DNA from: a virus
Virus record (IMG/VR): IMGVR_UViG_3300050821_004478
Strand: one strand, 5' to 3'
Length of the DNA stretch: 64,000 nucleotides
Part shown: piece by piece, positions 23,923 through 33,268 of the stretch
Layout of the letters: the number at the start of each line of letters is the position of its first letter
How positions within the stretch are numbered: the first letter of the stretch is position 1
Notes under the pieces: model-generated
Told to the model about the DNA's origin: nothing
The model's database searches: none
The model's input: only the letters and a program-made list of their open reading frames with translations
Made by a program: the position numbers and the translations under genes

Positions 23923-26900
23923 TTACTTTTTGAAGGCATTCAGAAACTGTGCGGCACCGACCTGTCCGGCCTTCTTCGGCGCGCCTAGATTCTCTATACC
24001 GCCCGCTGTCTTGCCCTGGTTGGCCCCGTAGTTGAATCCGGTCTGCTCCGCTTCCGGCGTCTCGCCCTCTTCCTTGGCAGCACGCGCGGCGGCGTCCTTG
24101 AATGACCAAGACTCCTTCGGGATGCCGTGAGCACGATACAAAGCCTGCTCATAATACCAAAGCACAGCCTGCAGACTAGAGGTGGTGAGACCCAGCTTAT
24201 TCGCGGTCTTCTCGAACGACTCCTTCATCAATCCGCGCTCCGCGCCATTGCGCGGCGAGTCAGAGAGAATCGCATCGTCACCAAACGAATTCTTACCGAA
24301 CTCCATCGTCCCCATCCAACGGTTCCAAGTGCGCGACACCCACATATCGGCGGTGAACGCAGACTCAACCCCGTGGAGATTCTGCATGAAAGGCCCGCGC
24401 TTCTCGCCCAAAATCATAGCGCCCGGACGCATGTCGGTCTTCTTGCCCTTCACGCCGCTGTTGTATTCCTTCAACTCCGAAACCGGGTGATCGGCCATCA
24501 GCCAATCGGCTGCGCCCTTCTCGCCCTTCCCAGCGACCAGCTTGTTAATCATCTCCAGCGCGTTGCCGTACGCAGCCACTCCGCGAGGCCCCCACGACTT
24601 TCCGGTCGCCGGGTTCATAGGAGGGAACTGACCAGTCTCGTTATACGCATCCCAAGCCTTCACAGCGGCCTTGAAGTTGCCGTAAGGCTTCTGTCCAGAT
24701 GATAGCACAGCTTCCGCAGCCTTGAAGAGCGACAACTTTACAGGATGGCCTGGAACTGAGTCGAGCGTTTCCCCGCCCACCAACTCCGGTCTCATGCCTT
24801 GCAAAGAATTGTCGTGGTCCTTCATCTCTGTGGTGTACCACTCGGTGCCGGTCTTGCCTTGCGCTAGCTGATACTTTGCCTCGTCCTCGGCTAACCTTTG
24901 GGCGCGGGCTGTCATCTTCCCGCCTTCCGTCCCAGGTTCCAACACGGGATTCTTTTCCTTGCTGTATTCATTCAAAGCTTGGGCCACGTCGATATTCGAG
25001 ATGCGTCCCTTCTCTCCGGTGCCTTCCACTTCCAACGGATTCTTCATCAGCGGAACCGAAGAACCTTTCGGAGACTTTGCGACTTGACTCTCTTGTAGAT
25101 CAGATGGAAGAAGGCCAACCTTATTCTCTGCATATGGACGCTCTGCGGGAGGAACGTATCCAGACTCGCCCTTCTTAGGAATATTTCCAACTTCATCGCG
25201 CAGATGTTTTCCGAAGTTCACCCAAGAATTCTGTCCACGAGTTTCCGATGTCAATGCGGGAATAGCTTCCGGTGGAAACATCTGACGGTGAACTAAGTAT
25301 GCATTCTCTTCGCCCTTAGGCCCAAACTCAAATCCATGCGCGGCATGCCCGAATAGATCATGAACAGCGCGGAACATATCGTTTGAAGTTAGACCTGTCT
25401 CCGGGTCTACCTTCGCCATTGGACTCTCTGGCTTAATATCACCACCTTGGAAGAAGTAAAGGTGATTGTTGTTACGGACGTCATCTGCCATCTCCGCAGA
25501 GTTAGCATACGGCTGTCCTTCCTTCGTCCACGGTTCAAACTTCATACCCATCTTCTGAGTCGCGTAATCCCACTGCTTGCGCACCTCGTCTGCCATCGAC
25601 TGGTATGCTTTTTGAACTTCCGGATTGTTCGGCTCGTGCTTCATAGCATCAAAGGCATCCGCCACACGCTTCGCAAACTCAACATTATGCGGCTTCGGTA
25701 TAGCGTCTATCGCAGGAAGGCCGCGTTCTTTGTTATACTCATCTGCGCCCTTCGCGACTTCCGGTGTCTTTTCAATCTTCGATTCCGCAATGCCCGTAGG
25801 CGTGACTTTTTCAGGAACCTTATTCCAATCATCCACGGCCCGTAGAAAATCACCGATAGAACCGTATCCTGAAAGTCCTCTTCCTTTCTCTCCACCCTTG
25901 CCCATCAAATCCCATGTCAGCGTGCCGTCGCCTACTCCACTCTTCGCGGCTGTTCTCAAATTGTGGGCGATAATGGCTCTCTGATCTTCTGTGGGAGCGG
26001 TATGCATTTCAATACCGATATTTCCGTCGCCGCCTTCTGGATAGACAATACGAGCAGCGCCTGTGTTCTTCTCAAATTTGTTTACAGCGCCCTCAATTGT
26101 TTCTCCCGTAGGCGTACGATATCCCGCAGCCTCGGCTATATCCGAGTGAGCGTTCTTCGCATTGATGATTCGTCCGTCAGGAAGAACCATTCCCGGCGCA
26201 GTCTTGTTAGAGAAGTCAGAATTGTACGAATATTTAACCGGATGAAAATCTTCATTCGGGTGCTTCTCTAGTTTCTCTACCGCTGTAACCGCGCTCTCTT
26301 CCGGCTTGCCCTTCTCAGCCGCAGCATATTCGGCGCGCTTCGCAGCGAGTCGTTCCTTCACCAACTCCGGTGTGATCGACTCTACGGGGAAGTTCAACGA
26401 TGTGCCGGTGGTCGGCTCGTGGACGTACGCGGTGTCGGGATACTGGCGGGTCTCGCCGGTCGCCTTGTCCACGTACTCGAAGCCCTTCTGCACGCCGCCC
26501 GGGATGCCCCCACCTGCGCGGATAGCCTCATCGATTTCCGGCTTGCCGGTGGTGGTTTCCTTCGGGACAGGAATCTTACCTACTTGGCTTTCAGCGACCC
26601 CACGGGCTGCTGCAGCTTCCCTAGCAGACTTTGGTGTTCCTGTGCCGCGTCTGTCTTCACCTTCTCCTGGGGTCTTCTTCCCAGCGGCTTCTCCCTTCTC
26701 AGCTTTCTCGCCGCCTTCCCCAGCCCCTGCGCCATCTGGCCCAGGCTCAGTTCCTGTGTATTCATTATGGGCATTTCTGATATCCTCTGCAAATTGAGAT
26801 ACGCGCCCATGACTTGCATGGAGCGTCTGTGACAGTCCTTCTTCTCTCACCGCAGCATTCGCACGGATGCGGTCTGCGATGTGTGGCTTGGTCAAAAATT

Positions 26901-29841
26901 CATGAGCGCGGTCGTAAGCGAGATCAACCACTTGTTCCACTTGAGACGCGGTGAAGTCTGGGTGAAGCTCTCTTATGATGGCGCGTGACTGACGGAAGTC
27001 TCCCCTTGTTGCCGGGGATGCCTTAACTTCGTCTCTCGTCATGCCCTTGAAAACTTCGTGGGATGCCGGTCCTGCCATCTTCTGGGTCAGCCACTGTACT
27101 TCCTGATTGGCTAAAGCTTCCGGGTCGATATTACCTGCAGCATCGCGGATACTAGCGCCGTTGAATACGGATGTAGCACCTGCGCCCTTCTCACTCTTCG
27201 GGTGAATGTCAGAGCGAATCTCGACAGGCTCTAAGCCATCGACGGCTCCAATTGCCATATGTGCCCACTCGTGTAGGTGAGCATCTTCCATTGATACGCC
27301 TTCCGGCAAACCTGGGATAACTGCAGCAGGCGCGTGAGCCTTCATCGCAGGTGAATGCGATACCAGCGCAGACTCGTCGCCGCGTCCTAGTGAGACGAGC
27401 GTCGGATTCAACTTAGTCGGCTCGCCTTCGTTGGCGCGCTTGTCGGCCTCCGCGAGCAATTCCTTTTCCTTGACAGGCTCGATCTTGACTTCCGCGTTTG
27501 GCTTGCCTGCAGCCTGGGCGGCAGCGCGGTCGGCTGTGTCGGCCTTCAAAATCTTCGTGAGCAGCGTCTTCTCTGCAGGGTCTAGTTCTACGCCGCTGCG
27601 GTTCTTCGCCGCAACATCATCGCGAAGGTTCTGTTCCAGTTCCTTGTATGAGGAATCTTCTAGATTTGATTCACCGTAGTGCGCCGCAAGTTCTGCGTGC
27701 AGGTCGGTGTTCTCCCTAGGTGTCAACTCAACGGAGCTAGGTCCATTCTTCACAGCCGGTGGAATTGCTTCGGTTGGAATTACTGGCGGTGTTCCAGTTC
27801 CCTTGATCTCGACTGGCTTGCGGTTAGTGCCCTTGAACTTCATCGACTTCTCGATGTGTTCGTCGCGCGTCATGTCGCGAGGTGCGATGAAGTCTTCGAT
27901 AGGCTGTCCAACGGCCTCTCCGATTGCGCCGCCCGCGATAGCGCCCGGGATTCCCCCCGCTTCCGCCCCAGCCGCGATACCCATGCCCTTGATAGCCTTC
28001 CCGGTCAATCGACCAAGTAGGCCGCGCATCGCGCTGGCATTGCCGCTACCGCGAACGGTTGTGCCGCCACGGTTCGCACGAATTTGAGCGCCGATTGCAT
28101 CGCGCACATTGATAAGAGATGCAGTCTCCCCTCTAGCTGCGCGAATTCCCTCCACTCCGTGACCTTCCAGATTGTTGTAGATCGCGTTGCGCAGTTCGTC
28201 TGCCATGAAGAAGCGAGCCGCAAAGTCTGGGTTCGTCTCGATCATGTTGTAGATATCCCAATTATTCGCGCCCTTCATGGAAGCGCGGTTGTAATTGTTC
28301 AACTTGGTGAGCGTGTCTTGGGCCTCGCTCATGGTCGGGTCGGTAAGATTAAACTCCGACAAAGCGTCCATCGCGTTCGAGAAGTTTCCATCCAGCTTCG
28401 CCATCTCTTCCAACTTCTGGGCGACCTTGATCTTCGGGCTGTCTTCCGGCTTAGTGGTGACTGGTTCGTCGGCATACTTCTCAACGTAAGGCTTGATCTT
28501 GTCTTCGATGCCCTGACGCCCGCCTTCTACGGCCTCGTACGCAGACGGGAGATCGTTGATCTTCGCGCCGCCTGCCTTCGCAGCCTCCATGTGAGCGCGG
28601 GCGATTTCTTCGTCTTCCGGAGTGTATCTGTTTGCACCGCGAGACGGCACGGCCTTCTGGAATAGATCGCTGGCCTTCTTCTGCTCCGACGCCTTCGATT
28701 CGTACTCATCGGCCTTGTTCTTATCCGCAGCCTTTGTGATCTGACGGCCTAACTTCTCCACCGCGATCTTCGCGGCGGCGCGACGCTGAGCGGCTTGATC
28801 GAATGCCTTTTGCGCATCGGCTACGTTCTTTGCGGCCTCGTTTGCTAACTGTCTCGCCGCGTCGGTAGCTGCCGGGGTGCCTTGTCCCGCAGTTTCTTTC
28901 TGGGCTGCATCCAAGGCGCGCTGCTGTACTTCCGCTGCCTGCGCTCTCGCGGTTTCCAAATTACGTGAGCGATTTGTGTACTCTTGCTCCGCAGCGGTGT
29001 GCGTATTTACTGCGACACCGAAACGGTCTAGTACTGGATTAAGTTTCTCGTGAACAAGTCCGCCAGCGACAACTCCGGTGACGTTGCCTACCAACTCAGC
29101 TACGTCCGGAGACGCGCCCATATACTCCGCAGCCTTCTGCGCGTTTGTTTGCGCAACCATCGCAGGCAGGACAACCGCAAGTGCCTCCCCGCCCGGTGCT
29201 GCTACCGCACCAACAGGCCCCGCAGATTGAAATAGACCCTCGACAATCTTGTTGGCGGCGGCTGCAGATTTATCCAAATCCATGCCGCTGTTGACGAGAC
29301 CTTCATATACCTGCTTGTGAAGGGCAACGCTGCCCTCCAAAGCCTTGGGAAGTCCCTCGGCTGGGCCTGCAAAAAACTCTCCTGCTTTTTCCGAGACTCC
29401 CGAATGGGTACCTGTCGCACCCATCTTCTTGAGCATAGCTCCGACCCAAGTGGAGGCACTCCCGTTCTTCACATCGGTCTGCACGTCCTGCAGCCAAGAT
29501 TCAAACCCGCCTTCGCGAGGACTAATAGACGTCTTGCCCGCAGGAGGAGTGAGATTGAGTACACCGGACGGTTGAACTTTGGTTTCGGCTGGCTTGAATC
29601 CCGGTGGCGGCGCGACTTGCGCTTCCACGACTGGCCGGAATCCTGGGGGAGGAGGTGGCGCAACCTGTGCGTTTACCGTTACCGGCTTAAATCCCGGAGG
29701 CGGCGGTGGCGCAGCTTGTTCATCGCCCACATTCGCAGGTCCAAGCGGTTTGCCTGCGACATCGTAGGCAATACCGTTATCTATACTCGTGGTTCCTGCT
29801 GGCTGATTTGTTGTTGATAGATCAGTTGACTGGTCGGCCAT
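23923..29841 (-). CDS. giant internal virion / ejection protein candidate (T7 gp16 position) with a zincin HExxH motif
   Basis: 1972 aa, last of a 137/243/748/1972-aa series. N-terminal APPPPPGF(K/R)PV repeats. HEWAH at aa 857-861. Confidence 0.6.
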   Translation of the reverse strand: MADQSTDLSTTNQPAGTTSIDNGIAYDVAGKPLGPANVGDEQAAPPPPPGFKPVTVNAQVAPPPPPGFRPVVEAQVAPPPGFKPAETKVQPSGVLNLTPPAGKTSISPREGGFESWLQDVQTDVKNGSASTWVGAMLKKMGATGTHSGVSEKAGEFFAGPAEGLPKALEGSVALHKQVYEGLVNSGMDLDKSAAAANKIVEGLFQSAGPVGAVAAPGGEALAVVLPAMVAQTNAQKAAEYMGASPDVAELVGNVTGVVAGGLVHEKLNPVLDRFGVAVNTHTAAEQEYTNRSRNLETARAQAAEVQQRALDAAQKETAGQGTPAATDAARQLANEAAKNVADAQKAFDQAAQRRAAAKIAVEKLGRQITKAADKNKADEYESKASEQKKASDLFQKAVPSRGANRYTPEDEEIARAHMEAAKAGGAKINDLPSAYEAVEGGRQGIEDKIKPYVEKYADEPVTTKPEDSPKIKVAQKLEEMAKLDGNFSNAMDALSEFNLTDPTMSEAQDTLTKLNNYNRASMKGANNWDIYNMIETNPDFAARFFMADELRNAIYNNLEGHGVEGIRAARGETASLINVRDAIGAQIRANRGGTTVRGSGNASAMRGLLGRLTGKAIKGMGIAAGAEAGGIPGAIAGGAIGEAVGQPIEDFIAPRDMTRDEHIEKSMKFKGTNRKPVEIKGTGTPPVIPTEAIPPAVKNGPSSVELTPRENTDLHAELAAHYGESNLEDSSYKELEQNLRDDVAAKNRSGVELDPAEKTLLTKILKADTADRAAAQAAGKPNAEVKIEPVKEKELLAEADKRANEGEPTKLNPTLVSLGRGDESALVSHSPAMKAHAPAAVIPGLPEGVSMEDAHLHEWAHMAIGAVDGLEPVEIRSDIHPKSEKGAGATSVFNGASIRDAAGNIDPEALANQEVQWLTQKMAGPASHEVFKGMTRDEVKASPATRGDFRQSRAIIRELHPDFTASQVEQVVDLAYDRAHEFLTKPHIADRIRANAAVREEGLSQTLHASHGRVSQFAEDIRNAHNEYTGTEPGPDGAGAGEGGEKAEKGEAAGKKTPGEGEDRRGTGTPKSAREAAAARGVAESQVGKIPVPKETTTGKPEIDEAIRAGGGIPGGVQKGFEYVDKATGETRQYPDTAYVHEPTTGTSLNFPVESITPELVKERLAAKRAEYAAAEKGKPEESAVTAVEKLEKHPNEDFHPVKYSYNSDFSNKTAPGMVLPDGRIINAKNAHSDIAEAAGYRTPTGETIEGAVNKFEKNTGAARIVYPEGGDGNIGIEMHTAPTEDQRAIIAHNLRTAAKSGVGDGTLTWDLMGKGGEKGRGLSGYGSIGDFLRAVDDWNKVPEKVTPTGIAESKIEKTPEVAKGADEYNKERGLPAIDAIPKPHNVEFAKRVADAFDAMKHEPNNPEVQKAYQSMADEVRKQWDYATQKMGMKFEPWTKEGQPYANSAEMADDVRNNNHLYFFQGGDIKPESPMAKVDPETGLTSNDMFRAVHDLFGHAAHGFEFGPKGEENAYLVHRQMFPPEAIPALTSETRGQNSWVNFGKHLRDEVGNIPKKGESGYVPPAERPYAENKVGLLPSDLQESQVAKSPKGSSVPLMKNPLEVEGTGEKGRISNIDVAQALNEYSKEKNPVLEPGTEGGKMTARAQRLAEDEAKYQLAQGKTGTEWYTTEMKDHDNSLQGMRPELVGGETLDSVPGHPVKLSLFKAAEAVLSSGQKPYGNFKAAVKAWDAYNETGQFPPMNPATGKSWGPRGVAAYGNALEMINKLVAGKGEKGAADWLMADHPVSELKEYNSGVKGKKTDMRPGAMILGEKRGPFMQNLHGVESAFTADMWVSRTWNRWMGTMEFGKNSFGDDAILSDSPRNGAERGLMKESFEKTANKLGLTTSSLQAVLWYYEQALYRAHGIPKESWSFKDAAARAAKEEGETPEAEQTGFNYGANQGKTAGGIENLGAPKKAGQVGAAQFLNAFKK
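29584..29715 (-). repeat. three proline-rich repeats (QVAPPPPPGF[K/R]PV) at the N-terminus of the giant protein
   Basis: Seen in the translation at aa 43-86. Confidence 0.85.
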
Positions 29842-29848
29842 GTTATCC

Positions 29849-32095
29849 TTACGGCTTGTACGGTTTCCCGTCTGCTGTTACCCACTGATTGTTAAGTAGC
29901 CAAATGTTCGTCTTACCGTCTTCCGATGTCATCGGATGTGTTCCACCCTTTGGAGCCGCTGTGGCGGCTGTTGCGGGAGTCTTACCTGCCGTGATCTGCT
30001 GCTGTACTGGATTTTCTGTTGGCGGTGAAAGCGGCGAACGAGCGAAATCGCCATACTCTCGCGCCAAGAATCTGTTGTTTCCAACGCGTCCATCAAACTG
30101 AGAGCCTACGGCACCCAGCGTCGATGCAATCGCGTATCTGCGCTGTTCTGCGGTTTGAGCCGCACCAAACAAGGCAAGTGCAGCATTGCGCGCAGTATCA
30201 GATGCGGTACCGCCGCCCATAACCTTACCGTAGTCGTCGGCCACACCAAGTACCAAGGCCGCGTATCCTGACAGTGGACCCTTACCTTCCTTCAACTTCA
30301 GCCAATCTTCTGCCGTGTTCAAAGTCGGGAAAGAGTTATCTGGAATCTGCTTTGCCATCTCTGTAAGCTGGTCCATCGTGCCGCCCTTAGACATAAGCGA
30401 ACGAGCAGAGCCGAAGAATGTGGCTGTTGTTGGTGACTTCGCGATGTGCTCGAAGTTCACTTCGTCAGCCGGGTTGTAATTCTTGTCAATCTTCTGAGCC
30501 TCGGTTGTCGCCTTCTCGATGAAGTCCGTTGTTGTTTGACGCGTGCGAAGGTCGGCCAGAGTTAAGTCACCTCTTGCAAGCATGCGACCTGCAGTTACCG
30601 GGTCACCTTGCTTTGCAACTTGGTCAGCCGTTGCCTTACGCTGCATGTCGTCGAAGTAGTTATCGCGAGCCAACTTTGCGGCGTCGATAGCTGAGGTCAA
30701 CTTTGCCTTGTTTCCCGGGTCAGTCTCGGTCTTCAATGCCTCTTGAAGTTGAGGTATAACACCGGAAGCCTTGTCGCCGGATAGCGACGTCGGGTCGTGG
30801 AGAATCTTATCGACCCACTTGATGCCCTCTTCTGAATCCTTCTTGTATGCCTCGACCTGCTTCTCGGTGATTGCTTGAGACGTGAATGTCGCGACCTTCT
30901 GCTTCTCTGCAGTCAGGTCCGCGATCTGTGAGTTAGCCGCGTCGAGTCCCTGCTGATTCTTTTGGGTCTTCGCTATATCAGCTTGTGCCTGCAAGTCTTG
31001 GATATGCAAGTCCGCATTCTGTTGATACTGCAGAAGTCCCGCGTACGCAGAACCCGGAATGTGAGAGATCGCAGCTTGAATAGTCGGGTCGGTCAAGTAA
31101 GGGCTTAGTGTCTTCAACTCTTCATCGCTGACCGGCTTCTCTCGTGAATTGTTCAAAATGCCAACCGCATTGCGGGCCAGATTCAACGCGCCATTCGACG
31201 CAGCAAATTGGTTGCTGGTTAGTTTCGTGTTTGGAGGATACTGCGCAACACCGTACTTTTGAAAGTCCGTGCTCATTTGAGCAGGTACAATCTTGTCGTC
31301 TTTTTCTCCGCTCTTGGTTGCGCGGGTGATGATGTCGTAAGTCGGAGAGGTGATTACATCTCCGTCCTTATCCTTCTTCGGCTCTCCTTGCGCATTAAGA
31401 ACCGGCTCTTCACCTGTGGCGCGAACGAAGTACTTAGTCGCAAAATCCTTGTCAGTTTGAAAGCGTCTCGCCATCTCGGCGTGATTGATACCACTTTCGA
31501 TGTCGTGATTTTCTTTATAGGCGTCAGAAAATTCCTGATTGCCCTTGTACGCGGCTTGGCGAATACCTTGATCTTGCTGATAAATGTTGCGGTGCAGAGC
31601 AACCGTTTCCGCCTGGGTTTTCGCCAAAAGTGCGTCTTCTTTCTTGGCCTCAGCGAGGCGCTTGTTGCGCGCGTTCAGCGTGTTCGTTACACCGGTCAGC
31701 CAGCCGCCCTTCGTGTCAGAGGCGTGAGACGCGTCGCCTAATGCGCCGGATAATTTATCTCCGAAACTTCCTGTCGACGGCGCAGCTTCGGGAACCGGAC
31801 GGTCGACTGCAGGTGCTGCAGCCTGGGCCTTCTTCTGACTCTCGACTGCTGCTGTCTTCACAGCCAACGGCGAGTTCTTTTGTACGTCAGTAATGTGTTT
31901 TAGATAGCCCGCGACGATGCCGTCCAATCCAGTTCCGGCTAAAATTCCGCCTATACCCGTTGGGGCCGGGGTTCCGGGAGTCGTACCTTGGGCTACCGGT
32001 CCCAAAGCCGCAAGAACTGGAGCGGCGCTTGACGCGACCTGTCCCGCAGATTGGCTGCTGTCGGGTGCTTGCTTCTGATCGTCAAATTCAGTCAT
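29849..32095 (-). CDS. internal virion protein candidate (T7 gp15-like by size and position)
   Basis: 748 aa versus 747 aa for T7 gp15. Helical and Q/A/K-rich. Located between the gp14-like and gp16-like ORFs. Confidence 0.5.
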   Translation of the reverse strand: MTEFDDQKQAPDSSQSAGQVASSAAPVLAALGPVAQGTTPGTPAPTGIGGILAGTGLDGIVAGYLKHITDVQKNSPLAVKTAAVESQKKAQAAAPAVDRPVPEAAPSTGSFGDKLSGALGDASHASDTKGGWLTGVTNTLNARNKRLAEAKKEDALLAKTQAETVALHRNIYQQDQGIRQAAYKGNQEFSDAYKENHDIESGINHAEMARRFQTDKDFATKYFVRATGEEPVLNAQGEPKKDKDGDVITSPTYDIITRATKSGEKDDKIVPAQMSTDFQKYGVAQYPPNTKLTSNQFAASNGALNLARNAVGILNNSREKPVSDEELKTLSPYLTDPTIQAAISHIPGSAYAGLLQYQQNADLHIQDLQAQADIAKTQKNQQGLDAANSQIADLTAEKQKVATFTSQAITEKQVEAYKKDSEEGIKWVDKILHDPTSLSGDKASGVIPQLQEALKTETDPGNKAKLTSAIDAAKLARDNYFDDMQRKATADQVAKQGDPVTAGRMLARGDLTLADLRTRQTTTDFIEKATTEAQKIDKNYNPADEVNFEHIAKSPTTATFFGSARSLMSKGGTMDQLTEMAKQIPDNSFPTLNTAEDWLKLKEGKGPLSGYAALVLGVADDYGKVMGGGTASDTARNAALALFGAAQTAEQRRYAIASTLGAVGSQFDGRVGNNRFLAREYGDFARSPLSPPTENPVQQQITAGKTPATAATAAPKGGTHPMTSEDGKTNIWLLNNQWVTADGKPYKP

Positions 32096-32110
32096 CTTAT
32101 TATCCTCTAC

Positions 32111-32842
32111 TTACCCTAAGCCATTAAAAAAGCCTTGTGCAAAGGCCGCTGGCTGACTTGCTCCTGCAGCCGAATTTGCTACCCCTGATATACCGCCGCC
32201 GATGCCGCCCGCTGCCATCGATGCCAAACTGGTGATGCCGCCAGCAATTGCTTGATCTTCTTGCTGCTGTTGCGCGTAAACATCTTTCGCTTGACCGAAG
32301 GCTTCTTTACCTTGCTCAATTGAACCGCTCATCGCCGCGTTCGGGCTGTAGCCTTGCGACAACTGTTCCATGCCGCCCTGCGCCTTCCAATAGTTCTGAT
32401 TGCCTTGCGCGTAATCCGCTTGGGTAATCTGATTCTCCGCACCCGCAAGTTGATTAGCCGCCGAAGATGCAATCGAGCCTTCGATCTGTCTCTGCACGCC
32501 GCTTATAATTCCGGTTCCGCCGCCACCTTGGCCTGCGCCAAAGTTAGCCGCCGCTTGCTGAGCGTTGCGGCTTGCCGCGCCCGCGTTGTTAATAGCCGCA
32601 GTGTTGAGAGCGGCTCTCTCTTCCGCAGAGAAGCCCCGCTGACTTGGACCAGCCGCCAAGATAGGCGACATAGCACGGTTAATCGCACTCAATACATCTG
32701 ACTGTTGACCAAATCGAGTGGCATAATTCGACTGCAGTGTCTTCGAAAAACTGGCGCTTGCCGCTGCCTGATCTTTTTCTGCTTTACTTGGCCCGCAGTT
32801 ACCGGTCGCCGCGCCAATTATCGGTGCAATTATCCCACCCAT
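32111..32842 (-). CDS. internal virion protein candidate (gp14 position), Gly/Ala/Gln-rich
   Basis: Assigned by position and composition; Gly-rich termini. Confidence 0.45.
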   Translation of the reverse strand: MGGIIAPIIGAATGNCGPSKAEKDQAAASASFSKTLQSNYATRFGQQSDVLSAINRAMSPILAAGPSQRGFSAEERAALNTAAINNAGAASRNAQQAAANFGAGQGGGGTGIISGVQRQIEGSIASSAANQLAGAENQITQADYAQGNQNYWKAQGGMEQLSQGYSPNAAMSGSIEQGKEAFGQAKDVYAQQQQEDQAIAGGITSLASMAAGGIGGGISGVANSAAGASQPAAFAQGFFNGLG

Positions 32843-32844
32843 AT

Positions 32845-33258
32845 TTATTCCCTCTCAAAATCCAACCGACGGTCGCTGATGCCTACCGGCTTAAACCCCA
32901 GATGCTTGTCCATGAAGGCCACCAAAGTGGGACTGATGGAACCGAAGATCAAACCTTTCTTCTCATCTGCTTTGTAAATCTCGATCAGCTTCTTCACACA
33001 CGCGATCATCCCGACCACCAATCTGCGTTTCGAAACGACTGACTCGGGAGCAAACTGCGTGTGGATGCGAACATATTCACCTTCCGCGTTCAAACGAACG
33101 TAGGCCAGGGGGCCGCGCTCATCCATCAGGCAGAAGGCGAGTAGTCCATTTCCAGTCAACCACCATTCCGGATATTCTTCAGAGTGATAAAGATCACGAG
33201 AGGTCCACTCGGTGATCTGTTTCACATCCGCTGAGGTCGACTCAGAGAAATTTATCAT
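32845..33258 (-). CDS. gp13-position small protein with a GNAT-like C-terminal pattern
   Basis: 137 aa versus 138 aa for T7 gp13. SKRRLVVGMIACVKKL ... FMDKHLGFKPVG resembles GNAT motif A/B spacing. Confidence 0.4.
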   Translation of the reverse strand: MINFSESTSADVKQITEWTSRDLYHSEEYPEWWLTGNGLLAFCLMDERGPLAYVRLNAEGEYVRIHTQFAPESVVSKRRLVVGMIACVKKLIEIYKADEKKGLIFGSISPTLVAFMDKHLGFKPVGISDRRLDFERE

Positions 33259-33268
33259 CCTAATTCCT

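Noticed and set aside
24127-28665. Plus-strand ORFs of 100-190 aa inside the 1972-aa gene (for example 24127..24702, 26306..26797 and 28084..28665).
   Set aside because: They are antisense to a long, well-supported minus-strand ORF. They have Arg/Ser/Pro-rich composition typical of antisense frames and no RBS.
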